64,000 nucleotides of DNA, taken from positions 256,246,001-256,310,000 of the forward strand of contig OZ024741.1 of assembly GCA_964016885.1 (NCBI GenBank). Reading direction: 5' to 3'. Every line of letters begins with the position of its first letter. The stretch's first letter is position 1. The notes under the pieces are model-generated. The model saw only the letters and a list, made by a program, of their open reading frames with translations, did not search any database and had not been told where the DNA came from. Shown here in pieces: positions 1 through 11,400 of the stretch. The translations under genes were made by a program, and so were the position numbers. The DNA comes from Eledone cirrhosa (lineage: Eukaryota).

Positions 1-480
1 ACGATTGTTCTGACTTACGAGTGTTCTGATTTACGGATGTTTCGACATACGAGTGTTTCGACTTACGAGTGTTTCGACTTATGAGTGTTTCGACTTACGA
101 GTGTTTCGGCTTACGAGTGTTTCGACTTACGAGTGTTTTGACTTACGGTGTTTCGGCTTACGAGTGTTTCGACTTACGAGTGTTTTGACTTACGGGTGTT
201 TTGACATACGAGTGTTTCGATACGAGTGTTCTGACTTACGAGTGTTCTGACTTACGAGTGTTTTGACTTACGAGTGTTCTGACTTACGGGTGTTTCGTCT
301 TACGAGTATGTTTGGCTTACGAGTGTTTCGACTTACGAGTGTTTTGACTTACGAGTGTTCTGATTTACGGATGTTTCGACATACGAGTGTTTCGACTTAC
401 GAGTGTTTCGACTTATGAGTGTTTCGACTTACGAGTGTTTCGGCTTACGAGTGTTTCGACTTACGAGTGTTTTGACTTAC

Positions 481-3400
481 GGGTGTTTTGACATACGAGT
501 GTTTCGATACGAGTGTTCTGACTTACGAGTGTTCTGACTTACGAGTGTTTTGACTTACGAGTGTTCTGACTTACGAGTGTTCCGACTTACGAGTGTTCCG
601 ACTTACGAGTGTTTCGGCTTACGAGTGTTTCCGGCTTACGAGTGTTTCGACTTCCGAGTGTTTTGACTTACGGTGTTTCGGCTTACGAGTGATTCGACTT
701 ACGAGTGTTTTGACTTACGGGTGATTTGACTTACGGGTGTTGTGAATTACGAGTGTTCCGATTTACGAGTGTTTTGACTTACGGTGTTTCGGCTTACGAG
801 TGATTCGACTTACGAATGTTTTGACTTACGGGTGTTTCGGCTTGCGAGTGTTTCGACTTACGAGTGTTTCGGCTTATGGGTGTTTCGACTTACTAATGTT
901 TTTACTTACGAGTGTTTCGGCGTACGAGTGTTTTGACTTACGAGTGTTTCGACTTACGAGTGTTTCGACTTAAGAGTGTTTCGGCTTACGTGAGTTTCGA
1001 CTTAAGAGTGTTCTGATTTACGAGTGTTCTGACTTGCGGGTGTTCTGATTTACGAGTGTTCCGACTTACGAGTGTTTCGGCTTATTAGTGTTTCGACTTA
1101 CGAGTGTTTCGGCTTACGAGTGTTTCGACTTATGGGTGTTTCGACTTACGAGTGTTTTTACTTACGGTGTTTCGGCTTACGAGTGTTTCGACATACGAGT
1201 GTTTTGACTTACGGGTGTTTCGACTTACGAGTGTTTTGACTTACGAATGTTTTGACTTACGGGTGTTTCGGCTTACGAGTGTTTCGACTTACGAGTGTTT
1301 CGGCTTACGAGTGTTTCGACTTACTAATGTTCTTACTTACGAGTGTTTCGGCGTACGAGAGTTTTGACTTACGAGTGTTTCGACTTACGAGTGTTTCGAC
1401 TTACGAGTGTTTTGACTTACGAATGTTTTGACTTACGGGTGTTTCGGCTGACGAGTGTTTCGACTTACGAGTCTTTCGGCTTACGAGTGTTTCGACTTAC
1501 TAATGTTTTTACTTACGAGTGTTTCGGCGTACGAGTGTTTCGACTTACGAGTGTTTCGACTTACGGGTGTTTTGACTTAAGGGTGTTTCGACTTACGAGT
1601 ATTTTTGGCTTACGAGTGTTTCGACTTACGAGTGTTTTGACTTACGAGTGTTCTGATTTACGGATGTTTCGACATACGAGTGTTTCGACTTACGAGTGTT
1701 TCGACTTATGAGTGTTTCGACTTACGAGTGTTTCGGCTTATGAGTGTTTCGACTTACGAGTGTTTCGACTTACGAGTGTTTCGACTTACGAGTGTTTCGA
1801 CTTACGAGTGTTTTGCCTTACGAATGTTTTGACTTACGGGTGTTTCGAAATACGAGTGTTTCGGCTTATGAGTGTTTCGACTTACGGGCGTTTCGACTTA
1901 CGGGTGTTTCGACTTACGAGTGTTTTGGCTTACGAATGTTTTGACTTACGGGTGTTTCGACTTACGAGTGTTTCGACTTATGAGTGTTTCGACTTACGAG
2001 TGCTTCGGCTTATGAGTGTTTCGACTTACGAGTGCTTCGGCTTACGAGTGTTTCGACTTACGAGTATTTCGGCTTACGATTGTTTCGACGTACGAATGTT
2101 TTGGCTTACGAGTGTTTCGGCTTATGAGTGTTTCGGCTTACGAGTGTTTCGACTTACGAGTGTTTCGGCTTACGAGTGTTTCAGTGTTTCGGCTTACGTG
2201 TGTTTCGACTTACGAGTGTTTCGACTTACGACTGTTTCGGCTTACGAGTGTTTCGGCTTACGAGTGTTTCGGCTTACGAGTGTTTTGACTTACCATTGTC
2301 TGGCTTACGAGTGTTCTGACTTACGGGTGTTCTGACTTACGAGTGTTCCGACTTACGAGTGTTTCGGCTTATGAGGGTTTCGACTTACGAGTGCTTCGGC
2401 TTACGAGTGTTTCGACTTACGAGTGTTTCGGCTTACGAGTGTTTCGACTTACGAGTGTTTTGACTTACGGTGTTTCGGCTTACGAGTGTTTCGACATACG
2501 AGTGTTTTGACGTACGGGTGTTTCGACTTACGGGTCTTTCGACTTAAGAGTGTTTCCACTTACGAGCGCTTCGACTTACGAGTGTTTCGACTTACGAGTG
2601 TTTCGGCGTATGAGTGTTTTGACTTACGAGTGTTTCGACTTACGAGTGTTTCGACTTACGAGTGTTTCGAATTACGAGTGTTTCGACTTACGAGTGTTTT
2701 GACTTACGAGTGTTTTGACTTACGGTGTTTCTGCTTACGAGTGTTTCGACTTTCGAGTGTTATGACTTACGGGTGTTTTGACATACGAGTGTTTCGACTT
2801 ACGAGTCTTTCGGCTTACGAGTGTTTCGACTTACTAATGTTTTTACTTACGAGTGTTTCGGCTTACGAGTGTTTCGGCTTATGAGTGTTTCGACTTACGA
2901 GTGCTTCGGCTTACGAGTGTTTCGACTTACGAGTATTTCGGCTTACGAGTGTTTCGTCGTACGAATGTTTTGGCTTACGAGTGTTTCGGCTTATGAGTGT
3001 TTCGGCTTACGAGTGTTTCGACTTACGAATGTTTCGGCTTACGAGTGTTTCAGTGTTTCGGCTTACGTGTGTTTCGACTTACGATTGTTTGGCTTACGAG
3101 TGTTCTGACTTACGAGTATTCTTACTTACGAGTGTTCCGACTTACGAGTGTTTCGGCTTACGAGTGTTTTGACTTACGATTGTTTGGCTTACGAGTGTTC
3201 TGACTTACGGGTGTTCTGACTTACGAGTGTTCCGACTTACGAGTGTTTCGGCTTAAGAGGGTTTCGACTTACGAGTGCTTCGGCTTACGAGTGTTTCGAC
3301 TTACGAGTGTTTCGGCTTACGAGTGTTTCGACTTACGAGTGTTCTGACTTACGAGTGTTCTGACTTACGAGTATTCTTACTTACGAGTGTTCCGACTTAG

Positions 3401-6400
3401 AGTGTTTCGGCTTACGAGTGTTTCGGCTTATGAGTGTTTCGACTTACGAGTGCTTCGGTTTACGAGTGTTTCGGCTTACGAGTGTTTTGACTTAAGGGTG
3501 TTTCGACTTACGAGTGTTTCGATACGAGTGTTTCGACTTACGAGTGTTTCGGCTTACGAGTGTTTCGACTTACGAGTGTTTCGACTTACGAGTGTTCCGA
3601 TTTACGGGTGTTTCGACTTACGAGTGTTTTGGCTTACGGTGTTTCGACTTACGAGTGTTTCGAGTTAAGAGTGTTTTGACTTACGAGTGTTCTGATTTAC
3701 GAGTGTTCTGACTTACGAGTGTTCTGACTTACGAGTGTTCTGACTTACGAGTGTTCTGACTTACGAGTGTTCCGACTTTACGAGTGTTTCGGCTCACGAG
3801 TGTTTCGGCTTACGAGTGTTTCGACTTACGAAAATAACAAATAGACGCGGTTTCAAATCTCTATGCTTTTCAAATTCATTACATTAATCTTTATTTATAC
3901 GTTTCGCTTTACGAGTGTTTCGACTTACGAGTGTTTCGACATACGAGTGTTTCGACTTACGAATGTTTTTGCTTACGGGTGTTTCGACTTACGAATGTTT
4001 TTGCTTACGAGTGTTTCGGTTTACGAGTGTTCCGACTTACGAGTGTTCCGACTTACGAGTGTTTCGGCTTACGAGTGTTTCCGGCTTACGAGTGTTTCAA
4101 CTTACAAGTGTTCTGACCTACGAGTGTTCTGATTTACGGATGTTTCGACACACGAGTGTTTCGAATTACGAGTGTTTCGACTTACGAGTGTTTTGACTTA
4201 CGGGTGTTTTGACATACGAGTGTTTCGATACGAGTGTTTCGACTTACGATTGTTCTGACTTACGAGTGTTCTGATTTACGGATGTTTCGACATACGAGTG
4301 TTTCGACTTACGAGTGTTTCGACTTATGAGTGTTTCGACTTACGAGTGTTTCGGCTTACGAGTGTTTCGACTTACGAGTGTTTTGAATTACGGTGTTTCG
4401 GTTTACGAGTGTTTCGACTTACGAGTGTTTTGACTTACGGGTGTTTTGACATACGAGTGTTTCGATACGAGTGTTCTGACTTACGAGTGTTCTGACTTAC
4501 GAGTGTTCTGATTTACGAGTGTTCTGATTTACGGATGTTTCGACATACGAGTGTTTCGACTTACGAGTGTTTCGACTTATGAGTGTTTCGACTTACGAGT
4601 GTTTCGGCTTACGAGTGTTTCGACTTACGAGTGTTTTGACTTACGGTGTTTCGGCTTACGAGTGTTCTGACTTACGAGTGTTTTGACTTACGAGTGTTCT
4701 GACTTACGGGTGTTTCGACTTACGAGTATGTTTGGCTTACGAGTGTTTCGACTTACGAGTGTTTTGACTTACGAGTGTACTGATTTACGGATGTTTCGAC
4801 ATACGAGTGTTTCGACTTACGAGTGTTTCGACTTATGAGTGTTTCGACTTACGAGTGTTTCGGCTTACGAGTGTTTCGACTTACGAGTGTTTTGACTTAC
4901 GGTGTTTCGGCTTACGAGTGTTTCGACTTACGAGTGTTTTGACTTACGGGTGTTTTGACATACGAGTGTTTCGATACGAGTGTTCTGACTTACGAGTGTT
5001 CTGACTTACGAGTGTTTTGACTTACGAGTGTTCTGACTTACGAGTGTTCCGACTTACGAGTGTTCCGACTTACGAGTGTTTCGGCTTACGAGTGTTTCCG
5101 GCTTACGAGTGTTTCGACTTCCGAGTGTTTTGACTTACGGTGTTTCGGCTTACGAGTGATTCGACTTACGAGTGTTTTGACTTACGGGTGATTTGACTTA
5201 CGGGTGTTGTGAATTACGAGTGTTCCGATTTACGAGTGTTTTGACTTACGGTGTTTCGGCTTACGAGTGATTCGACTTACGAATGTTTTGACTTACGGGT
5301 GTTTCGGCTTGCGAGTGTTTCGACTTACGAGTGTTTCGGCTTATGGGTGTTTCGACTTACTAATGTTTTTACTTACGAGTGTTTCGGCGTACGAGTGTTT
5401 TGACTTACGAGTGTTTCGACTTACGAGTGTTTCGACTTACGAGTGTTTCGGCTTACGTGAGTTTCGACTTAAGAGTGTTCTGATTTACGAGTGTTCTGAC
5501 TTGCGGGTGTTCTGATTTACGAGTGTTCCGACTTACGAGTGTTTCGGCTTATTAGTGTTTCGACTTACGAGTGTTTGGGCTTACGAGTGTTTCGACTTAT
5601 GGGTGTTTCGACTTACGAGTGTTTTTACTTACGGTCTTTCGGCTTACGAGTGTTTCGACATACGAGTGTTTTGACTTACGGGTGTTTCGACTTACGAGTG
5701 TTTTGACTTACGAATGTTTTGACTTACGGGTGTTTCGGCTTACGAGTGTTTCGACTTACGAGTGTTTCGGCTTACGAGTGTTTTGACTTACTAATGTTCT
5801 TACTTACGAGTGTTTCGGCGTACGAGAGTTTTGACTTACGAGTGTTTCGACTTACGAGTGTTTCGACTTACGAGTGTTTTGACTTACGAATGTTTTGACT
5901 TACGGGTGTTTCGGCTGACGAGTGTTTCGACTTACGAGTCTTTCGGCTTACGAGTGTTTCGACTTACTAATGTTTTTACTTACGAGTGTTTCGGCGTACG
6001 AGTGTTTCGACTTACGAGTGTTTCGACTTACGGGTGTTTTGACTTACGGGTGTTTCGGCTTACGAGTGTTTTGACTTACGAGTGTTTTGACTTAAGGGTG
6101 TTTCGACTTACGAGTATTTTTGGCTTACGAGTGTTTCGACTTACGAGTGTTTTGACTTACGAGTGTTCTGATTTACGGATGTTTCGACATACGAGTGTTT
6201 CGACTTACGAGTGTTTCGACTTATGAGTGTTTCGACTTACGAGTGTTTCGGCTTATGAGTGTTTCGACTTACGAGTGTTTCGACTTACGAGTGTTTCGAC
6301 TTACGAGTGTTTCGACTTACGAGTGTTTTGGCTTACGAATGTTTTGACTTACGGATGTTTCGAATTACGAGTGTTTCGGCTTATGAGTGTTTCGACTTAC

Positions 6401-7377
6401 GGGCGTTTCGACTTACGGGTGTTTCGACTTACGAGTGTTTTGGCTTACGAATGTTTTGACTTACGGGTGTTTCGACTTACGAGTGTTTCGACTTATGAGT
6501 GTTTCGACTTACGAGTGCTTCGGCTTATGAGTGTTTCGACTTACGAGTGCTTCGGCTTACGAGTGTTTCGACTTACGAGTATTTCGGCTTACGATTGTTT
6601 CGACGTACGAATGTTTTGGCTTACGAGTGTTTCGGCTTATGAGTGTTTCGGCTTACGAGTGTTTCGACTTACGAGTGTTTCGGCTTACGAGTGTTTCAGT
6701 GTTTCGGCTTACGTGTGTTTCGACTTACGAGTGTTTCGACTTACGACTGTTTCGGCTTACGAGTGTTTCGGCTTACGAGTGTTTCGGCTTACGAGTGTTT
6801 TGACTTACGATTGTTTGGCTTACGAGTGTTCTGACTTACGGGTGTTCTGACTTACGAGTGTTCCGACTTACGAGTGTTTCGGCTTATGAGGGTTTCGACT
6901 TACGAGTGCTTCGGCTTACGAGTGTTTCGACTTACGAGTGTTTCGGCTTACGAGTGTTTCGACTTACGAGTGTTTTGACTTACGGTGTTTCGGCTTACGA
7001 GTGTTTCGACATACGAGTGTTTTGACGTACGGGTGTTTCGACTTACGGGTCTTTCGACTTAAGAGTGTTTCCACTTACGAGCGCTTCGACTTACGAGTGT
7101 TTCGACTTACGAGTGTTTCGGCGTATGAGTGTTTTGACTTACGAGTGTTTCGACTTACGAGTGTTTCGACTTACGAGTGTTTCGAATTACGAGTGTTTCG
7201 ACTTACGAGTGTTTTGACTTACGAGTGTTTTGACTTACGGTGTTTCTGCTTACGAGTGTTTCGACTTTCGAGTGTTATGACTTACGGGTGTTTTGACATA
7301 CGAGTGTTTCGACTTACGAGTCTTTCGGCTTACGAGTGTTTCGACTTACTAATGTTTTTACTTACGAGTGTTTCGGC
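481..7377 (+). repeat. Higher-order duplicate: ~481-2862 repeated at ~4948-7377 (offset 4467, then 4515)
   Basis: ORF-track offsets 1343>5810 (4467), 1712>6227 and 2423>6938 (4515). The 48-bp shift equals 3 monomers. Rare variants such as TTCCACTTACGAGCGC are shared. Confidence 0.85.
3831..3900. repeat. 70-bp AT-rich interspersed element, copy 1, subtype A (ATGCTTTTCAAATTCAT)
   Basis: AAAATAACAAATAGACGCGGTTTCAAATCTCTATGCTTTTCAAATTCATTACATTAATCTTTATTTATAC; 17/70 G+C versus 7/16 for the monomer. Confidence 0.97.
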
Positions 7378-8416
7378 GTACGAGTGTTTCGACTTCCGAG
7401 TGTTTCGACTTACAGGTGTTTTGACTTACGGGTGTTTCGGCTTACGAGTGTTTTGACTTACGAGTGTTTTGACTTAAGGGTGTTTCGACTTACGAGTATT
7501 TTTGGCTTACGAGTGTTTCGACTTACGAGTGTTTTGACTTACGAGTGTTCTGATTTACGGATGTTTCGACATACGAGTGTTTCGACTTACGAGTGTTTCG
7601 ACTTATGAGTGTTTCGACTTACGAGTGTTTCGACTTACGAGTGTTTCGGCTTATGATTGTTTCGACTTACGAGTGTTTTGACTTACGGTGTTTCAGCTTA
7701 CGAGTGTTTCGACTTATGAGTGTTTTGACTTACGGGTGTTTTGACATACGAGTGTTTCGATACGAGTGTTCTGACGTACGAGTGTTCTGACTTACGAGTG
7801 TTTTGACTTACGAGTGTTCTGACTTACGAGTGTTCCGACTTACGAGTGTTCCGACTTACGAGTGTTTCGGCTTACGAGTGTTTCCGGCTTACGAGTGTTT
7901 CGACTTACGAGTGTTTTGACTTACGGTGTTTCGGCTTACGAGTGATTCGACTTACGAGTGTTTTGACTTACGGGTGTTTTGACTTACGGGTGTTGTGAAT
8001 TACGAGTGTTCCGATTTACGAGTGTTTTGACTTACGGTGTTTCGGCTTACGAGTGATTCGACTTACGAATGTTTTGACTTACGGGTGTTTCGGCTTGCGA
8101 GTGTTTCGACTTACGAGTGTTTCGGCTTATGAGTGTTTCGACTTACTAATGTTTTTACTTACGAGTGTTCTGACTTACGAGTGTTCGACTTACGAGTGTT
8201 CCGACTTACGGGTGTTTCGACTTACGAGTGGTTTGGCTTACGGTGTTTCGGCTTACGAGTGTTTCGAGTTACGAGTGTTTTGACTTACGCGTGTTTTGAC
8301 ATACGAGTGTTTCGATACGAGTGTTCTGACTTACGAGTGTTCTGACTTACGAGTGTTCCGACTTTACGAGTGTTTCGGCTCACGAGTGTTTCGGCTTACG
8401 AGTGTTTCGACTTACA

Positions 8417-8486
8417 AAAATAACAAATAGACGCGGTTTCAAATCTCTATGAATTTCAAATTCATTACATTAATCTTTATTTATAC
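8417..8486. repeat. 70-bp element copy 2, subtype B (ATGAATTTCAAATTCAT)
   Basis: Same element with CT>AA change; preceding G is A. Confidence 0.97.
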
Positions 8487-11400
8487 GTTTCGCTTTACGA
8501 GTGTTTCGACTTACGAGTGTTTCGACATACGAGTGTTTCGACTTCCGAATGTTTTCGCTTACGGGTGTTTCGACTTACGAATGTTTCGGCTTACGAGTGT
8601 TTCGGCTTACGAGTGTTCCGACTTAGGAGTGTTTCGGCTTACGGGTGTTTCCGGCTTACGAGTGTTTCGACTTTAGAGTGTTTCGACTTTAGAGTGTTTT
8701 GACTTACGGTGTTTCGGCTTACGAGTGATTCGACTTACGAGTGTTTTGACTTACGAGTGTTTCGACTTACGAGTGTTTTGACTTACGAATGTTTTGACTT
8801 ACGGGTGTTTCGGCTTACGAGTGTTTCGACTTACGAGTGTTTCGGCTTGCGAGTGTTTCGACTTACTAATGTTTTTACTTACGAGTGTTTAGGCGTACGA
8901 GTGTTTCGACTTACGAGTGTTTCGACTTACGGGTGTTTTGACTTACGGGTGTTTCGGCTTACCAGTGTTTCGACTTACGAGTGATTTGACTTAAGGGTGT
9001 TTCGACATACGAGTGTTTCGACTTACGAGTGGTTCGACTTACGAGTGTTTCGGATTACGAGTGTTTTGACTTCAGGGTGTTTAGACTTACGAGTGTTTCG
9101 ATACGAGTGTTTCGACTTACGAGTGTTCTGACTTACGAGTATTCTGATTTACGGATGTTTCGACACACGAGTGTTTCGAATTACGAGTGTTTCGACTTAC
9201 GAGTGTTTTGACTTACGGGTGTTTTGACATACGAGTGTTTCGATACGAGTGTTTCGACTAATGAGTGTTTCGACTTACGAGTGTTCTGACTTACGAGTGT
9301 TCTGACTTACGAGTGTTCTGATTTACGGATGTTTCGACACACGAGTGTTTCGATACGAGTGTTTCGACTTACGAGTGTTTCGACTTATGAGTGTTTCGAC
9401 TTACGAGTGTTCTGACTTACGAGTGTTCTGACTTACGAGTGTTCCGACTTACGAGTGTTTCGGTTTACGAGTGTTTCGACATACGAGTGTTTTGACTTAC
9501 GGGTGTTTCGACTTACGGGTGTTTCGACTTACGAGTGTTTTGGCTTACGAGTGTTTCGACTTACTAATGTTTTTACTTACGAGTGTTTCGGTGTACGAAT
9601 GTTTTGACTTAAGGATGTTTCGACTTACGAGTGTTTCGACTTACGAGTGTTTCGGCTTACGTGAGTTTCGACTTAAGATGGTTCTGATTTACGAGTGTTC
9701 TGACTTACGAGTGTTTCGGCTTATGAGTGTTTCGACTTACGAGTGTTTCGGCTTACGAGTGTTTCGACTTATGGGTGTTTCGACTTACGAGTGTTTTTAC
9801 TTACGGTGTTTCGGCTTACGAGTGTTTCGACATACGAGTGTTTTGACTTACGGGTGTTTCGACTTACGAGTATTTTTGGCTTACGAGTGTTTCGACTTAC
9901 GAGTGTTTTGACTTACGAGTGTTCTGATTTACGGATGTTTCGACATACGAGTGTTTCGACTTACGAGTGTTTCGACTTATGAGTGTTTCGACTTACGAGT
10001 GTTTCGGCTTACGAGTGTTTCGACTTACGAGTGTTTTGACTTACGGTGTTTCGGCTTACGAGTGTTTCGACTTACGAGTGTTTTGACTTACGGGTGTTTT
10101 GACATACGAGTGTTTCGATACGAGTGTTCTGACTTACGAGTGTTCTGACTTACGAGTGTTTTGACTTACGAGTGTTCTGACTTACGAGTGTTCCGACTTA
10201 CGAGTGTTCCGACTTACGAGTGTTTCGGCTTACGAGTGTTTCCGGCTTACGAGTGTTTCGACTTCCGAGTGTTTTGACTTACGTGTTTCGGCTTACGAGT
10301 GATTCGACTTACGAGTGTTTTGACTTACGGGTGATTTGACTTACGGGTGTTGTGAATTACGAGTGTTCCGATTTACGAGTGTTTTGACTTACGGTGTTTC
10401 GGCTTACGAGTGATTCGACTTACGAATGTTTTGACTTACGGGTGTTTCGGCTTGCGAGTGTTTCGACTTACGAGTGTTTCGGCTTATGGGTGTTTCGACT
10501 TACTAATGTTTTTACTTACGAGTGTTTCGGCGTACGAGTGTTTTGACTTACGAGTGTTTCGACTTACGAGTGTTTCGACTTACGAGTGATTCGGCTTACG
10601 TGAGTTTCGACTTAAGAGTGTTCTGATTTACGAGTGTTCTGACTTGCGGGTGTTCTGATTTACGAGTGTTCCGACTTACGAGTGTTTCGGCTTATTAGTG
10701 TTTCGACTTACGAGTGTTTCGGCTTACGAGTGTTTCGACTTATGGGTGTTTCGAGTTACGAGTATTTTGACTTACGAATGTTTTGACTTACGAATGTTTT
10801 GACTTACGGGTGTTTCGGCTTACGAGTGTTTCGACTTACGAGTGTTTCGGCTTACGAGTGTTTCGACTTACTAATGTTCTTACTTACGAGTGTTTCGGCG
10901 TACGAGAGTTTTGACTTACGAGTGTTTCGACTTACGAGTGTTTCGACTTACGAGTGTTTTGACTTACGAATGTTTTGACTTACGGGTGTTTCGGCTTACG
11001 AGTGTTTCGACTTACGAGTCTTTCGGCTTACGAGTGTTTCGACTTACTAATGTTTTTACTTACGAGTGTTTCGAGGTACGAGTGTTTCGACTTACGAGTG
11101 TTTTGACTTACGAGTGTTCTGATTTACGGATGTTTCGACATACGAGTGTTTCGACTTACGAGTGTTTCGACTTATGAGTGTTTCGACTTACGAGTGTTTC
11201 GGCTTATGAGTGTTTCGACTTACGAGTGCTTCGGCTTACGAGTGTTTCGACTTACGAGTATTTCGGCTTACGAGTGTTTCGACGTACGAATGTTTTGGCT
11301 TACGAGTGTTTCGGCTTATGAGTGTTTCGGCTTACGAGTGTTTCGACTTACGAGTGTTTCGGCTTACGAGTGTTTCAGTGTTTCGGCTTACGTGTGTTTC

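Noticed and set aside
3849-3860. GGTTTCAAATC, and monomer GTTTCGACT, as Pol III B-box or tRNA T-loop
   Set aside because: An extra T breaks the GTTCRANNC consensus, and there is no A-box or cloverleaf.
3831-3900. Insert as an independent mobile element (MITE, SINE or Helitron end)
   Set aside because: No terminal inverted repeats, target-site duplication, poly(A) tail or 3' hairpin-CTRR end, and an identical insertion context in all copies.
3863-4132. ORFs starting at the insert ATG (MLFKFITLIFIYTF...), which look like signal peptides
   Set aside because: The hydrophobic start is an expected result of T-rich DNA, the downstream length varies arbitrarily (75-110 aa of repeat), and the ATG is lost in copy 13. 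Only Ribo-seq or proteomics could revive this.
8449-8465. 17-bp palindrome as a canonical CENP-B box
   Set aside because: Same length only; no match to the NTTCGNNNNANNCGGGN consensus.
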